From NCBI RefSeq assembly GCF_016433145.1, contig NC_058134.1, positions 309,045,891 through 309,109,890 of the forward strand: DNA of 64,000 nucleotides. The letters are read 5' to 3'. Within the stretch, counting starts at the first letter, position 1; each line of letters starts with the position of its first letter. The notes beneath the pieces are model-generated. The model saw only the letters and a list, made by a program, of their open reading frames with translations. It was not told where the DNA came from and ran no database searches. The translations under genes were made by a program, and so were the position numbers. Positions 1 through 14,021 of the stretch are shown one piece after another. Source of the DNA: Gracilinanus agilis. Its lineage: Eukaryota.

Positions 1-261
1 AAAAAAAAAAATCACTTGTAGGATTCTTGGCCCCCTGTGGAAGGGGGAGTATTCCAGGTTAGGTTATACTGTGCAGCTGGAGTCTGGCCCTGCCCAGCAC
101 ACTGACTGGACCGGACAGATGCCCACTGGGAAGGAATCAGACAAGAGCTAGACAAGATGGAAAGTTGTGAGCAGATTATCATCTAAACCAGAAGTGTGTG
201 GACTCGGCTGCCTGTTCTCAAGTGCAAGTGCCACCCCAACCAGATTAAAATGTCATTGGGA

Positions 262-435
262 GGGGGCAGCTGGGCAGCTCCCCGATTGAGAACTCAGAAG
301 GTCCTGAGTTCAAATTTGACTTCACACACTTCCTGGATGTTCATGGGACCCTGGGCAAGTCATTTAACCTCCATTGCCCTAGCCCATACTACTCTTCTAC
401 TTTGGGACCAATGTAGTATTGATTCTGAGATGGAG
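262..435 (+). mobile_element. SINE1_Mdo-like SINE
   Basis: GGGGCAGCT head, GTTCAAAT B-box, GACCCTGGGCAAGTCA core, TATTGATTCT tail; bounds approximate. Confidence 0.8.
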
Positions 436-1490
436 TGGGACGAGTTACTGTGGTTTTTTGTGGCAAATAGTCTAGAAAATGTGCATTTGTGGTTTTCTAA
501 GTCGCCTTGTTAACCCCCACCCCCACCCCCGCCCTCCCGGAGGGTCTCTGCCGTTAATGGGAGGACACAGTATTTCCGTATTTTGTGGTAAGATGCTGCT
601 GCCACTTTTCTACTGTCATTTTCGAATTCGAATAGGCAGAATTTGAAATGAAGGGTATTTTGTATATTTTTAAAACAGCACATCACTTGGAAGCCACTTT
701 TCCAGTGTGGACTGGAGCTCCCCATTCCCTTCCCCACTGTGACACCCACTGGGTGTGGGATCCGGGACAGCCCTTCATCTTTCTCAGCCTTACAGCCATT
801 GCCAGTACAGCGGGCTGCCTTATAGGCTGCAAAATGTACTCCAGGTATGAGGCACTGCGCAAACAGAAACACTGGTGATGGCGATGCCCCTGACCCAGGG
901 GAAGAGCTCAAGCTAGGCAGCGTCTCTCGCTGGGTAGCCCCAGTTAAGGGTGGATTGTCAGCTTGTACGCTAAACTCCGTTTTCCATTTTTCTCAAGTGA
1001 GGAGTTCTCCAAACCCACAGCCATGTCAGCAGAGCCTCTCGGGTTGGGGATTCCAAGGCGCACGCCCCCTTTGCTGCCTCTGGACCCTAAACAGTGACAC
1101 CCCCCCCCCCCGGCCCAGCACCCCTCTAGCCCCTGAGAGCACACTTGTTCTGCCAAAGGAAAGCCAAGCAGTCAAGACTGTATCCCTTGTTCTTTCCCAT
1201 TCCATTTTGTGCCTGGATCCGGGGCCTGCTGCAGTAGAGAACTGTTGAGAAGACCTGTCTGCTTAGTTCCTTTTGCTTGCGTTTTATTGATAATCCCAGC
1301 TTCCCCTTTAAAAGGGGGGGTCATGTTTTAAAAGAAGGGGATGGGAAAGTTCCATAAGAGAGCACCCACTTAATCCTGAGGACTTAATCCTGAGGCCTGC
1401 TCTGCAGGACCTTTCTAAGTAATACTAGCCACCCCCAAAGTCCAGTGACTTTAGAGAGGGGGAAGAGACCTTAGAAATCATAAAGTTTAG

Positions 1491-1680
1491 GGGGAAGCTA
1501 GGTGTCTCCATGGATTGAGAGGCAGGCCTAGAGATAGCATGTCCTGGGTTCAAGTGTGGCCTCAGATACTTCCTGGCTGGGTGATCCTGGGCAGGTCACT
1601 TAACCTGTTGCTTAGTCCTTACCGCTTTTCTACCTTGGAACCAATACATGGTATTGATTCTAAGACAGAAATAAAAGTGT
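1491..1680 (+). mobile_element. SINE1_Mdo-like SINE, near full length
   Basis: Head through CCTTGGAACCAATAC...TATTGATTCTAAGACAGAA. Confidence 0.85.
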
Positions 1681-2641
1681 TTTTGGTTTGTTTGGTTGGT
1701 TGGTTTTTTTTAAAGAAAAGAAATGATTGAGTTTAACCCTTGTGTGAACCTGGTAGGAGAAGGAAATGAGAGATGACGCAGTTAAGAGAAAAACCTCTGG
1801 TTTAGGGACTGGAAGGTGAGTGATACCAGAACATTTTTGGCTCCATCTACCCAAAAGCCATGACTTGCTGAATAGTTTTGGCAGCACCTGGTCCTCGTCA
1901 CTCACTGAGCCCTCATAAACCAGTGTAGACAGCAGGATCAACAGAAACCCGCTTGAGGCTCAGCTGGAGGGTGCAAACCTAGCTTGAAATCTGATGGCCC
2001 CGGAGATGCTAACGACATCTCTTCCCCTTTCGGCGCTGATTCCTCCCTTGTGTGCATGCCACGCTATCCTGCCCAAGCTCCAGGGTCCTAGAGCAGCTTC
2101 TGCTTGGTAAAACAGGAGAACAAGCAAGCATTCAGGTTCTTGAGAAATTTGCTGACTCTTGGCAAAGTTGGGTGGCTTAGACTGAATTTAAATCAATGTA
2201 ACCGATGAGTTGGGATGGCTTGGACTAGGCAGTTCGGGGGCCATTCTCCCTCTCCCGTGGTTTTGTTTGTTGGTTTTTCCCTAAAAAATGGCATCTTTTA
2301 CTTGGGGGCTCATTCTTGGAAATCACCTGCTAAATGTACATCTAGGCCAAATGACTTCATTTGTGTGAGTACCTCCTGCTGACATAGACCATAACACTTC
2401 CAGGCACAGTGGCTTTAAAACTTCCTGCCAGCCAGCTCCCCAGGTCTGTCTGCGGGCTGCGTGTGGGCTGCCATCTCCGGGCTCGTTCTCGAAGCCTTGC
2501 CAGCGCTGTTGCTGTAATCCCGAGGTCACCTGCCTGATAGTGATCAGGAACTGGCATAGAAGTTTAGGAAGGCTTCGACTTTTAAAATTGAAATCAGAAA
2601 TTGGACTGATCTGGTCATTTTCCTAGGCCATGTGGTACGGT

Positions 2642-2800
2642 AGAAAGAGCTCTGGAATTTGGAGCTCCTGGGTTGGAATCCCCTCGTTAGGACTTACTGC
2701 CTGTGTGACTTTGGGCTGTTCCCAAGCTTCAGTTTCCTTATCTGTTAAATGAGAGTTGGACCACATGGCATCTGAGGTCTCGTAGCTCTTAAATCGATGA
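2642..2800 (+). mobile_element. MIR-family CORE-SINE (one of many copies)
   Basis: TGTGTGACTTTGGG...CAGTTTCCTTATCTGTTAAATGAG core. Confidence 0.7.
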
Positions 2801-4939
2801 ACTTGCAAAATTAATTTCATTTGGATCCTTTAATCCAACCCGAATGTCTAGGAGAGTTTTCCTTGCGTTCCCGGGAAGAGGGTACGCACCAGAAGGAGAA
2901 CGATATTTCCATTTCAGAGCAGAGTTGTAGCATCTACTGATTTCACTTTTGCGAATGAAACTTAGAAGCATTTAGCAGAGATAGAGGGAAAGGATAGGTG
3001 AGACAGAGAGAGGAGAATAAGGGGGTACTTACTGGCAAATCTGGGGAGGCCCAACTCGGGATCAGAGTCACTGTTGCCTCTTTCTGAAGGCACCAGGGAG
3101 AGGTAGTCAGCCAGCACTGGCCCTTAGAGGCAGGGATGGAAGATCTGGTTTGCCAACCAAGTATAGACACAATGGGTCTCATGTAACTTGTTTGTGAAAC
3201 TTCCACTTAAATTTTGCATCTTTTATTTTGAGTTCCAAATTCTCTCTCTTCCTTCCCTCCCTCCCTCCCTCCCTCATTCTCTAGGCAAGAAATACAATAG
3301 CCATGCAAAACAGGTTTTCCTGTGTTTCCCAAAAGAAAAAGAAAGGAAAACATGTTTCCACATGCACTCGGAGTCTCTCGGTTCTCTCTCTGGAATTGGA
3401 TATCGCATGTTTCGTCGGGAGCCCTCTGGAATTGTGGGAGTCCCTTGCTGTCTTTCACAGTTGATCACTGTACCATATGGCTTGTCCTCCTGGTTCTGCC
3501 CATTTCACTGTGCTTCAGCTCATCTAAATCTTCTCAGGTTTTCCTGAAAATCTTCCCCGTGGTCATTTGTAAAGCCTTTAAAGAGATTGTATGTGTAGAG
3601 CAGTGCTCTACTGGTTGATAATGAAGTTATAATCCCTCTTCACTGGTGAGAGTTTGAGCTTTAAGGTCCCAAATCCTATCATCTTATCTCAGAGCTCTTT
3701 GACTATAAAATTCCCATTTAATTTTTTCTGAATCTGATCTTTAAGCCATTGATTTTTCTCCACCCGATGGAAAAGGAGCAGGAATCCCTGTGCAGCCTAA
3801 CAGCAGCAGATAGCTGTCCCTGGTCCATTGGCTCCCAGACTCCTCCAGAGCTTCTTAGTCTCTGACTTCCCACGTGCTGCCTGTTGAAATCCTTTTTGAC
3901 CCTGCCCACGTTTCCTCCAGAAGTCTTCTCTTGTTCTCCTTTCCAACAGAGTCAGGCGAGATTCTACTTCCTTTGGCCTTTCTTTGTGCCCTCATGGTCC
4001 TACTTTGTCTTGTGACTTGGGGTGGGAGTGAACCCCAAAAATGCTTAACTGATTGCGAGTCAGAATAAGTGGACCCCGTTTCTCCCCCTAGGAGAGGACA
4101 TGGATCTCAGAGTGATCATTTAGCCCATATTCACATCTGTAGTCCTTTAAGGCTGTTTTTCTTTCATAATGACTCTGTGAGGATGGTAGGGTTAGTCCAA
4201 AGTATGCTCCCCTGTTCACACTCACACTCTCTCTCCCCTCACCCCCACCCCCACCCCCAATCAATCAATACTAAGTATTGGTTCCAGTGTGAGTTGCCCA
4301 AGGCCACACTGCTAAGTATCTACGGCCAGATCTGAACCCAGGACCTCCCATCTCTGGGCCTGGTGCTCCATCCCCAAGTCACTAGCTGCTCCCTGCCACC
4401 ATTTTTCAGATGAGGAAGTGTTGGCTCTGCGAGATGGTGATTTACCCACATTCCTACTGCTAGTCATTATCAGACTTCCCATTGCATTTGGTGGGCCTCT
4501 GTTTGCTGAACTGGGAACGGAGGATGAGGAGCTTGGGTGGGAGGGATCCTGCGGGCTGGCCCAGTTCTATCTCAGATGAATGTGTGGTGCTCACAGGAAG
4601 GCCTCAAAAGTGCCTAGAGGCCAGACTAAGCTGGACTAAAAGCCAGCCTCCTTTGCTTTGGCTAGTCTTCCATATGTGTCCACTGCCTCCCCCTTGTCCT
4701 GTAACCACCTGGCCTTGTCGTCTGGCATCTGGGCCCGAACGCAGGCAGAGGGCGGGAACGTTCTGTGAAGATGAGACCCAGGGGTGAACAGGAACCCACA
4801 TAGTGAGGTGGCCTAAACAGCTGGTTTTCTTGTGGCTTGGAAACTGCTTCAGAGAGGTTGGAACTACATCCAGGCCCAGAGGCAAAGGTCATGAGCCCTA
4901 AGGACTGAGACCCGGGAGAAACCAAGCACTAGTAGCCAA

Positions 4940-5105
4940 CATGATCTCATTTCATCCTCACAGCCACCTTGCTATTATCCCCATTTTACAGATGAGAAAA
5001 CTGAGGCGAAGTGACTTGCCCAGAGTCACCCAACTAAGAAGTGAGTGGAGCCAGGTTTGAGTTTTGAGTCTCAATGACTCCAGGCCCAGTGCTCTAGCAG
5101 GCACT
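4940..5105 (-). mobile_element. MIR
   Basis: ATTATCCCCATTTTACAGATGAGAAAACTGAGGC...GTGACTTGCCCAGAGTCAC. Confidence 0.8.
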
Positions 5106-8100
5106 TCACCCCACGCTGCCTCCCCGTGCCACGAGGCCTCATGGCTTATCTTTCATCTCAGAAATGGAAAAGGCCTTTCATACTTCAAATACTTGGACAG
5201 GAGTCATCCTCGGCCTGTCCTGCTGCCAGCCCACCCCCATCTCAGGACTCGGGAAGCACTCTCAGAGGGAGGAAGCCTTCTGTGGGGAGCAGCAGGGCCC
5301 CAGGGTCAGAGGCAGGCCGGTCCCGGCCCTTTCTCTTCCGGCTCCTGCGAGCCTCGAGCTCTTCCTCCATCGGGCAGGGCTGCCGGTGGGGCCTGGATGC
5401 CCCCTTGTTGAGGAGATGCCGAGGCTCCCTCTCATTCCGAGACCGTAAAGTGTTGGCTGTCATTTTCGCCTCTCGGAGGCGGCCAGCTCAGGAGGGATTT
5501 TCTAAGCATGAGCAAGATCTAGGTCTGGTCCGATGACTGCCCAAAGGTCACTTGTGAGCAGGGATTCGGGCCTTTTTGCTAACCGACTCTGACATCCAGT
5601 GCCCGGGGGTGGGAGGTCAAAATGAACAGCGATGCTGCCGCTGCCCGCAGAGCCAAACGCTTTGGAGTGGGCGCCTCCAGCAGGGGGTGGGCGATGCCTG
5701 TGGGTAGGAGTCAGTGGCCGGCTCGGCCCTCGGTCAGCCGACGGCTTCAAGGTGCCGTCCCTGAGCACGGTGGAGAGCAGCTGGACTGGGACGAGGTCTG
5801 CTGACCAGGCGAGATTGTGTCGTGTTCCTGTGCACCTCCCCAGGATCTCGCATCAGTGTCCCTTGTCTGGCAGATCATCTCCTGAGTTCAGCAAGGAAAC
5901 TTGGCGGCCAGAGCGGCAGCCGGCGCCCCCCCGTGCCCCCATCCTCCAGCTCCTGCGACCAGCAGTGCGCCTGGTTTGTAGAGGACCATTGGGGAAGCCT
6001 CGTGATACCTGTGGGCCGAACAGGCCCCGCCCGCCTCAGCCCGTACAAGCAGGGTTCCCAGAAGTACTCGAGGGTGAGCCTTGCCAGCTCAGCATCACCA
6101 GAAAGCACTGAGAAGGCCTGGGCCTCCTCCCGGGGTTGTGGGGATGGTCAGATGAGGTCAGCTTAGGGCAGGAGCTTTGCCCACCCCCTGCACGGGGTGA
6201 CTCCTGGCAGGCTGCTTTCCTTCCCTGGGCCTCCATCTTCTCCCTGGACTAATCGCTGGCCTGTCTTCCCAGCTGCCTGTCCTGTAAGCTTCTTGTTCTT
6301 GGGGGTTTGGGGGGCATGGAGCGGATTATTCTACCCCTGGACGGCGCCTGTCGGCCTCATTCTTGGCCCAGCTTCTCCTCTTTGTGGTCCCGGCAGCTGC
6401 CCTGCCAGGCAGCGTCAGCACAGCAACGGCCGCACGAGCCCGGGCTGAGAGCCCCTGTTCCAGCACTGGACGCGGGAGGTCAGGCGGCGTGGCCTGGCGC
6501 CTCCTCCACATCGGGGGTGCTGGCCGTCAGAATGGCCGCCGCTTCCCCGCAGCTATGAGGAGGTGGCGTTGTGCCGGGTCATCTGGCTCGATGTATCCTT
6601 TCTTACTCGGACCCTGTCAGCAGAGACAGCGTGGATCTCGGCGTCCGGCCCCACAACCGCTCTGGACTTGGTCCTTTCCAAAAGCGGGCGGCTGCTGTCA
6701 CCGAGCCCCTCCTAGAGGCGGCGCGTCCTTCCTGAGACCCCAAGCTGGCCCCCCACAGCGGCTGACTTCTTCCCTTTTCTGGGGTGGCCATAGCATGTTC
6801 TTGGGCCGCTTGGGCTCTGCCTGGATTCAGGGCCCGACCAGCGCACAGGATCGGTTAGAAAGTAGAGACGGTGCTGGGCAGCCCCGAAGGAGAACGACGA
6901 GCCCGAGGGGCTCCCGGCCAGGCGCAGGGAACAGCAAAGGCGCGGACAGAGGGCTCCGGCACGGCGCTAGAAGCAGCAGAAGGCGCTTTGGCCGGACCGC
7001 AGAAAGGGAGGCTGGGGGGGGGGGAGGGGAGGGCGCAGCTCGTCTTGTGAGGCCGGCCGGAGAGCCTGGAGGGAGAGGGGGCTGCCCTGTTGGTGTTCCG
7101 TCTTACCACCCAGCTGCCTTGACCAGTTGGAAGGCGTGGCCTGGGATGGCGGCCGTGAAAGCAGCAAAGGCTTCCTCTCCCCGAGTGCCTTCCGTGCAGG
7201 CCTCCGAGGAGCGGCCCGTGCCCAGCGGGCAGCGCTGAGACCTTTAAGCCTCGTGGTGGTCGGGGAGCCTGAAGGCGGCCGAAGCTGGCACCGTGCAGCC
7301 CTCAGAGCCCGTGCCAGGGTCCCTCGCTGCATCCCAGGCCGGACCTTGGTGTCAGGACCGAATCTGCAGGCCTCTTGGCTATTTTTTCTGCCAGTCTGAC
7401 CTGTCTGGATCCGTGTGTGTGTCAGTTCCAAGGCAGAAGAGCAGGAAGGCTACACAGTGGAGGTCCAGCCCTGGGCTTCAGAGCCTTTACCTCTGCCCAT
7501 CATCGTTGGCGCTTCACCCAGGCCACTCTGGCCTGACCGTCCCCATTGGTCTTGGAGCTGGTATGTTCCCAGAGAGCCGAGGTGGCCCTTTGGATCCAGA
7601 GGACTGACCGCTGGCATGAGGCCACTGACTAGACTCCTCCTGGCATCTGAGCCTCCCGGGTGGCAGGTTTGGGCGTGTTCGCGGTCTTTCTCCATTTGGA
7701 ACAAGGTTCTAACATTCAAGGCCTTCCTCAAGGACAGCTGTGGAGTAGAACCCACGGGAGCCGGCACAACTCTAATGGAGACAAGAGTGGGCAGCTGGGT
7801 GCCCCGAGTGCCAAGAAAACCCCCAAATGGGGTCAGGAAGCGGGCCCCCCCCACGACAGCGAGAGCTGCCTGGTCATGGCCTGCTTGGTGCAGTGCCTCT
7901 TGTGGATTGCATTGGACCTCATCACAGTCCTGTGAGGGAAATGCCACTGCTCCCATTTTACAGAGGAGGAAACTGAGGCTGGGAGCAGCTAGAGAGCTCG
8001 CCCACGTCTGCACCACTTACCAGTCTGAGGCAGAACTCGGGGCTTCCTGAATACCGGGTCTCTTGCTCCCCCCACCTTATCAGCAAAACACCCTGTGAGA

Positions 8101-8562
8101 TACGGGGTTGGGGGGTGTTAACGTGGCCTCAACCCCAAGGCAGAGCCCAGAATGGGTTTCAGAACATCCCAGGCCGGGGGCCACGTGATGAGGGCAACAC
8201 CAAGTACGCTTTGGTTGTTCCGGGTTTGCTGGGCTCCCACAGACTCGGTGCCCAGGCTCGGGGTTCGAAGGCCAGATCCCTCGTCGTTCTTTGCCCCCTG
8301 CAATGCTACTGCTTGTTCCAAGAGTGAAGAAGAGGAGGGCCATCCTGGCTCCGGACAGGCGAGTGCCCCGGCCAGGGGCCGGCTTCTTGGCTTCTCGTTC
8401 TCCTAATGGCCTGGAGTGCTGACTGAGGAGAAAACCCCCGAGAGGCTCCAAACCGGGCTGGCCTCCACCGCTCACCTCTTACCACAGCCGTCAGGCACGG
8501 CCCGTAGGAGAGTGGAGAGCGGGCGCAGGGCTTTTCAGGCTGTGCTAAGAATGAGGGCCAGT

Positions 8563-8745
8563 GAGATGACTCGATGGTTAGAGCCAGAGATCGGAGGTCC
8601 TGGGTTCAGATTTGGCCTCAGACACTTCCTAGCTGGGTGACCCTGGACAAGTCACTTACCCCTCATTCTAGCCCTTGCTGCTCTTCTGTCTTGGAACTGA
8701 TACTTATTTTTGGTTCTAAGACAGAAGCGAAGGTGATTTTTTTTG
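8563..8745 (+). mobile_element. SINE1_Mdo-like SINE
   Basis: Core plus TTGGTTCTAAGACAGAAG tail. Confidence 0.85.
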
Positions 8746-11700
8746 TTTGTTTTTTAAGAATGCATGCCGTAGCTCAGGGGACTTGGCAGTTCCCAGGCCA
8801 GCAGTGCCTGATAGAGCAATTGCAGGATGGACCCCAGGACATTAGAACCGAGAGGAGGTTTGGGCTCTCGAATCTGAGGCTGAATTCCAGCCCTTGGTGA
8901 CTCCTGGGCAAATACAGGGCACGAGTGTTCCTCCCAGGGCTCTCCGCCATTCTGAGTTTGGGTGCCTTGTGGAGTAGCGGACAGAGGGCAAGAAGCCTGC
9001 CCTGCGAGGGAGGCCCGCCTTCGGGTAGCCTTTGGCTCCCTGGGCTGGGCAGTGCCCGGCCTTAGTTGGCCCCAGGCTCCCTCTTGAAGCCCTTCCTCTT
9101 CACTTCATTCCTGTGGCCTGTGAGCTGGTGCAAGTCCAGGAAGGCAGGTTTGCAAGTATCTCCCAAGTGCCTGGCTTTGAGCTATGCACTGGAGGATACA
9201 GAAAGCCAAAATGACCGTGTCCAGGACTCCTATTTTACAAATGAGGACATTGAGGCCCAAAGGGACTTGCCCGGCCTCGCTATGTGAGGGTAGATTGAGG
9301 GATCCCAGGTCCTTGATTCAGAGCTGACAGGACTTAAAAAGATGGCCTAGTTCAGCAGCCTCATTTATAAATGGGGAGGCTGAGGCCTCACCCCAGGAGG
9401 GGAGTGACGGCCTTGGTCCCCGAGGTTGTAAGGACGCAGCTCAGATTTTACCTTTGGGCATCAGTAGCTGGGGTGGCAGGGTTAGGTGGAGTCCCTTTCT
9501 GAGCATCCTTTTCCCTTAGAGTGGCCTGTGCTTTGTGCTTCTCTGAAGAGCCTCGAAGGGAAGGGTTGGCATTGGGGAAGTGGGGGTTCAGGTTCTTTCC
9601 TTCTGAACTTTTAGGGGTGTCCTGACTGGTGGCACGCTCCCACCAACCACATCTTAGCGGATGACGTGTAGAAACGACAAGTTAGGGCGTAGTGATTGGC
9701 TTCCCAAAGAACTCCCCGACGAAGGGCTTTTAAGACCGGCCTCCTCTCGTGGCTCTAAACTGAATCGCTTTGGAGCATGGATCTTTGCTCCTTGAGGGCA
9801 AGGCCCAAGTCTCCCTTCCGCGTCTCCTTCTCCTCTGGGGGCCTCATCACACATCAAAGGCACTTAACTATGTATCAGGGGCCAAAGGGCACCCACAAGG
9901 CATGCCTGGGCCTCCCAGGTTCCAGAGTCCCAATCTGAGCTCTAAGTGTCCAGAGAGTGACTATCCCTGCCAGCAGAGCCAGCCACATCACTGCAAGGGG
10001 GTCTGAGATGGAAGAGAAGGTTCCTCTGGACATCCAGATACTAGAGGACGGCCCACTGGTTGGGGAACAGCTGAACCAAAGTGAAGCGAAGAATTTGGAG
10101 AAACCTGGAAGTCTTACTTCTATGAATGGAGCAAACCAGGGCAGGAGGCCAGATGACTGCTGTGGCAGGCGTGGAAGGAACCTGAAGCCAAGTGCAGCCC
10201 AGAAGTCATCATGCCCACACAGGGCATCCTCCTGTGCCGTGCAGAGGCTCTGGTCAAGTGCTGGGCAGGTCATTCCCTGTTTGTTCTTCTAAGGGATGAC
10301 TGAGGCAGTGGGAAGGGCAGCATGTTGAGGAAAAGGGAAGGAACATAAAAACAAGACGGGCTCAGACTGTGGCACATGATCCCTCCATCTCCCCCGACGT
10401 TCCGCTGTCGGTTCTTGGAAGTCTGGAGAGCTGAGTGTGTTCTCAGAGCTCGAAGTTTCCTGCCTCTGCTCCAAGCTCCAGGCCAGCTACTACCATCTGC
10501 TGGCAGAACGCTGTCAAAAGAGGGTAATCGAGGGCAGCAGCTTCCTCATGGATCATCACAGGGGCCAGATAAGCTCAGTTGACTCAGTTAAGTGATAGAA
10601 TCATTTTTCTAGAGTTAAGGAAGGAACGTGGTTGGAGCAGCTGGACTCCTGGGGGTGGGGGGTGCTAAGGCCGGCTCGACAGCGGGGGCTTCGGCAGAGT
10701 TGAACGGTTGAGATTGTGGCGGTCGGCCGAGGAAGATCGGAGAGGGCAGCATGTAGTGGGTGACCCACTGAAGTGCTGCTAATTCGGTGTTTGGGCTCCC
10801 TGGAAGTGGAGAATGTCTTGTGAGACAGACAATGCTGAACCTGCTGAGCTTCTCTCATCCTAGGTAGGCTCAGGATACCTGTTGGGGTGTTGGTGACCCT
10901 TCTGAAACCGTGTGCTCCGAGCTCCCTCCATTGGACCCCTTTCCTGCAACGAGCAGGTCCTTCTCCGAAGGACCAACCTATTCCGGGGTTATTTCCCAGA
11001 GCCAGACCAGGCTGGTTTTGGCCAGCGTAGAACCCTCGTGCCTCTGGGTTGAGGGTAGCCAAGGTTCTCTTGGGACCGTAGTTTAGGGTTTTGTCCAGGT
11101 TCTAGGCAGCTGTTAACATTGTCCTTTTGGGGAAAATAACGTGTCGTGGGAAAGAACTGAATTCCGTAGCCTCTGCTAGATGGCTGCCACGGATAGGCTG
11201 AGCAAGGGTGCCAAAGGAGGATGCAATCTGGTTCCTGCCCACAGGAGTTCACCTGTGGGAATCGACCAGAGACCACCAGGCCCTCTGCGAGGGAACGAGC
11301 GCTCAGTCATGCAGAGACCCCAGAGGGGTTGGAGGAGGCTCCTCGGGGCAATCGGGTCTTGGGCAAAGCCTTCCCTACAGAAGGGTTCAATGGGAAAGCA
11401 CAGAACTGGACGGAAGCCAGGAGACCAGACTGGGTCTAGCGCAGTATAACCACGGGCAAGTCGTTTTGACTTGAGACCTCAGTTTCCTTGCCTGTAAAAT
11501 GATGTGGCTAGACAACACAGCAATCAGAAGGGACTTTGAGGTTCTCGTCCTCCAGGTCTTGGTGTGTAGCAGCTTGTTTTAAGTGCCCACCATGCGCCAG
11601 GCTCTGTGCCAAGTGCTGAGGGTAAAAAGAATAAAAACAAACAAAGGCAAAGCAGCCCCGGCTCTCAAGGAGCTCCCCGGCTCACGGGGTGGAGGGGAGG

Positions 11701-13256
11701 CCGCCTGCAAACAATGACGACCAGCTGTTGGTCAAGCCCAGCCTTTCTGATTCCCGGCCAGTGTTCTCTCCACTCTTCCATTCTTCTCCTTTATTAGCAG
11801 TTGATTGACAGGTCAGAGAGAGCCGGGAATGTCTGGATGAGGGGTGGGGCCCAGAGGGATGGACAGGCCACGTGGGAACGTGCTCATGGGACTCCCTTGG
11901 CAGGAAAGCCTACCTGAGCTTAGGAGCAGCTGAATCCTGAGCTCTGGGCTGGGGGCTGCCCACAGTCACTGCCGCCCCCTCTCCAGCTTGACTACAGACA
12001 GGAGGATCGAGAGGGCTCAGAGGAGAGTCCTCAGGAACTTGGGAACAGGCTGGAGGACTAATGACTGAGCTTATTTATTAAACCTCTGCTGTGTGCCAGG
12101 CTCTCCGAGTACAGATGCCGAAGTGAGCCAGCCTTTGCCATCAGGAAACTCGAAGCATATCCGTCCGTGTGAGCGTGTGGGCTGAAGTCGAGATGGAGCA
12201 GGTCCCGTGCTCGCAGCCTTAGAAGTCTGGTGCTGTGCAAATGCATGAATGGAATAAAAATAGCTGTGCAACAAGATTTCAGGCCCACCCTAGTTTTTTC
12301 AGGGAATATTAATTAGCACAGAAAATTCCAGATGGCAGAAGAATGTTCCAGGAGTTGGTCGTCACGAGATCTGCTCAGGATATGGGATGGGATGCTTAAG
12401 CTTGAAATGGCAGCCCCGGTGCCTGCCACCGATCGACAGGCAAGACTTGAATCCAGAGCATCTCTCCGGGCCTGGCTCTCTATCCACCGAGCCACCTAGC
12501 TGCCCCAATGTTCAGTTTTTTAAAACAAGAAGCGACAAGATTTGCAGCAGCCTTAATTAAGTCAATGTAATAAGGCTTGTCCGACCCTGGTCTTCTTCCC
12601 CTAGCACACGTACCCACTTCTCCAATGTAATTTGGTCTTTGATGCTCTCCGAGCAGAAGCACACTGCCTACGGCGGCCACCCGGTGTAGAAGGTAGACCC
12701 CGTGAGCAGAAAACGCCACCGGCTGTTCACCAGTTGCCGTGAGGGGACCTAAGGATGGCGTCTGAGTCTAAGAGAGCAAGGACACCTACGTCGTGGCTAA
12801 GCCTTGATATCTTGCTTAAACCAGTCCTTTGAGATCCTCGCCAAAGGAAATTGTGGTCACCTTCTCAAGTTCTTTCAGGCTTCTTCCATGTTCCAGGGGG
12901 AGACTTTGGGGAGACTGCAGCGATGGGCAGGAACTCCAGCTGAAAGAAGCTTTTGCCATGTGCCTCCTTGGGCCAAATGGGAAAGAGTATTTGATAGCCA
13001 AGAAGGTCCCCTAAGTCCTAGGGCTACCCAGTTCAGCCTCTCTTGGCCGGCTCCAGCATCCTCATCCCTCTGCCTCCTTTCTTCAAGTCATTCTTCTGTC
13101 CAAGAAAAGACAATAAGCACCTCAATGTGGCCCCAGCCTAACTCTTAAGCCTCATTTCCCTTGGAGCTCAAAAGCCTCTAACAGGGCGGCTGGGTAGCAA
13201 AGTAGATGGAGCCGCCGGACCTCAGTTCAGACATGGCGTCAGTTACTTCCTAGAGG

Positions 13257-13346
13257 TATGACCCTGGGGAAGTCACTTAACTCCCTTATCGCTCTTCTGC
13301 CTTGGAACCCATTCTTAGTATCAGTTCTAAGACAGAAGGTAAGGGG
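13257..13346 (+). mobile_element. SINE1_Mdo-like 3' half
   Basis: TTCTAAGACAGAAGGTAAGGG tail intact. Confidence 0.8.
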
Positions 13347-14021
13347 AGCTCTGCCAGCCTCAGAATTGGCTTCCAAGGTAGCTGGCGCTGTAAGCACATA
13401 GTGTGAGGTGCGGCCCTCTTTGGGGCTCTCTCCATACTTTGTCACGTCTTCATGAAGGAAGGAGAAGCCCATGGATGGCTGTCCCACCTGGGCCCTGACC
13501 AGCAAAGCAAAGAAGGTGGTCCAGAGGCCAGTCAGAGCTCACCATCCTGAAAAACTGGTCTCCGGTGAGAGCCGTCTCCCCAAGCGCCCATCGAGGGGGC
13601 CACAGCCTCCCTGTGCCTGGAGGCTTCGCCCAGAAAGAAAGTGGGTGCTTGTTTGGTCCCCATCTGGTGGTTGCTGAGGGCCCTCCCAACCCACAGCTTC
13701 TGCGATCCTTCGGCCAGACGTAAGAAGGAATCTGCCGGGATGCTCTTCTCTCCCACTGGGATTCTGCAGTCCTAGAATGCACCCTGCCCTCCCTCCTCAG
13801 TCTTCATGTGCTTCCTCGCACACTCCCTCCAGCGTAGCCTGTCCTGCTGCTGCTCCTGGGGAGCAGGAACCAGGGGTTCACCTCTCTTGGGCCCAGCACA
13901 TAGTAGGTGCTCAGTAAAGCTTCGTGCCTCATTGAAATGGCAGGATTTTCTGGGGGAGACGCACTTCTCCCAATACAGGGGAACAGGAGCCAACTGATAA
14001 ATGTTTTTGTGTTGCTTAACT

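Noticed and set aside
262-435. tRNA-like A/B boxes
   Set aside because: SINE heads, not tRNA genes; no cloverleaf.
5677-5690. CTCF-like CCAGCAGGGGGTGG
   Set aside because: Mismatched 3' core; such partial matches are frequent in GC-rich DNA.
6363-7238. 291-aa ORF and many similar Pro/Gly/Arg-rich ORFs in the TCF20 introns
   Set aside because: Expected from stop scarcity in very GC-rich DNA; no domain, codon pattern or splice chain.
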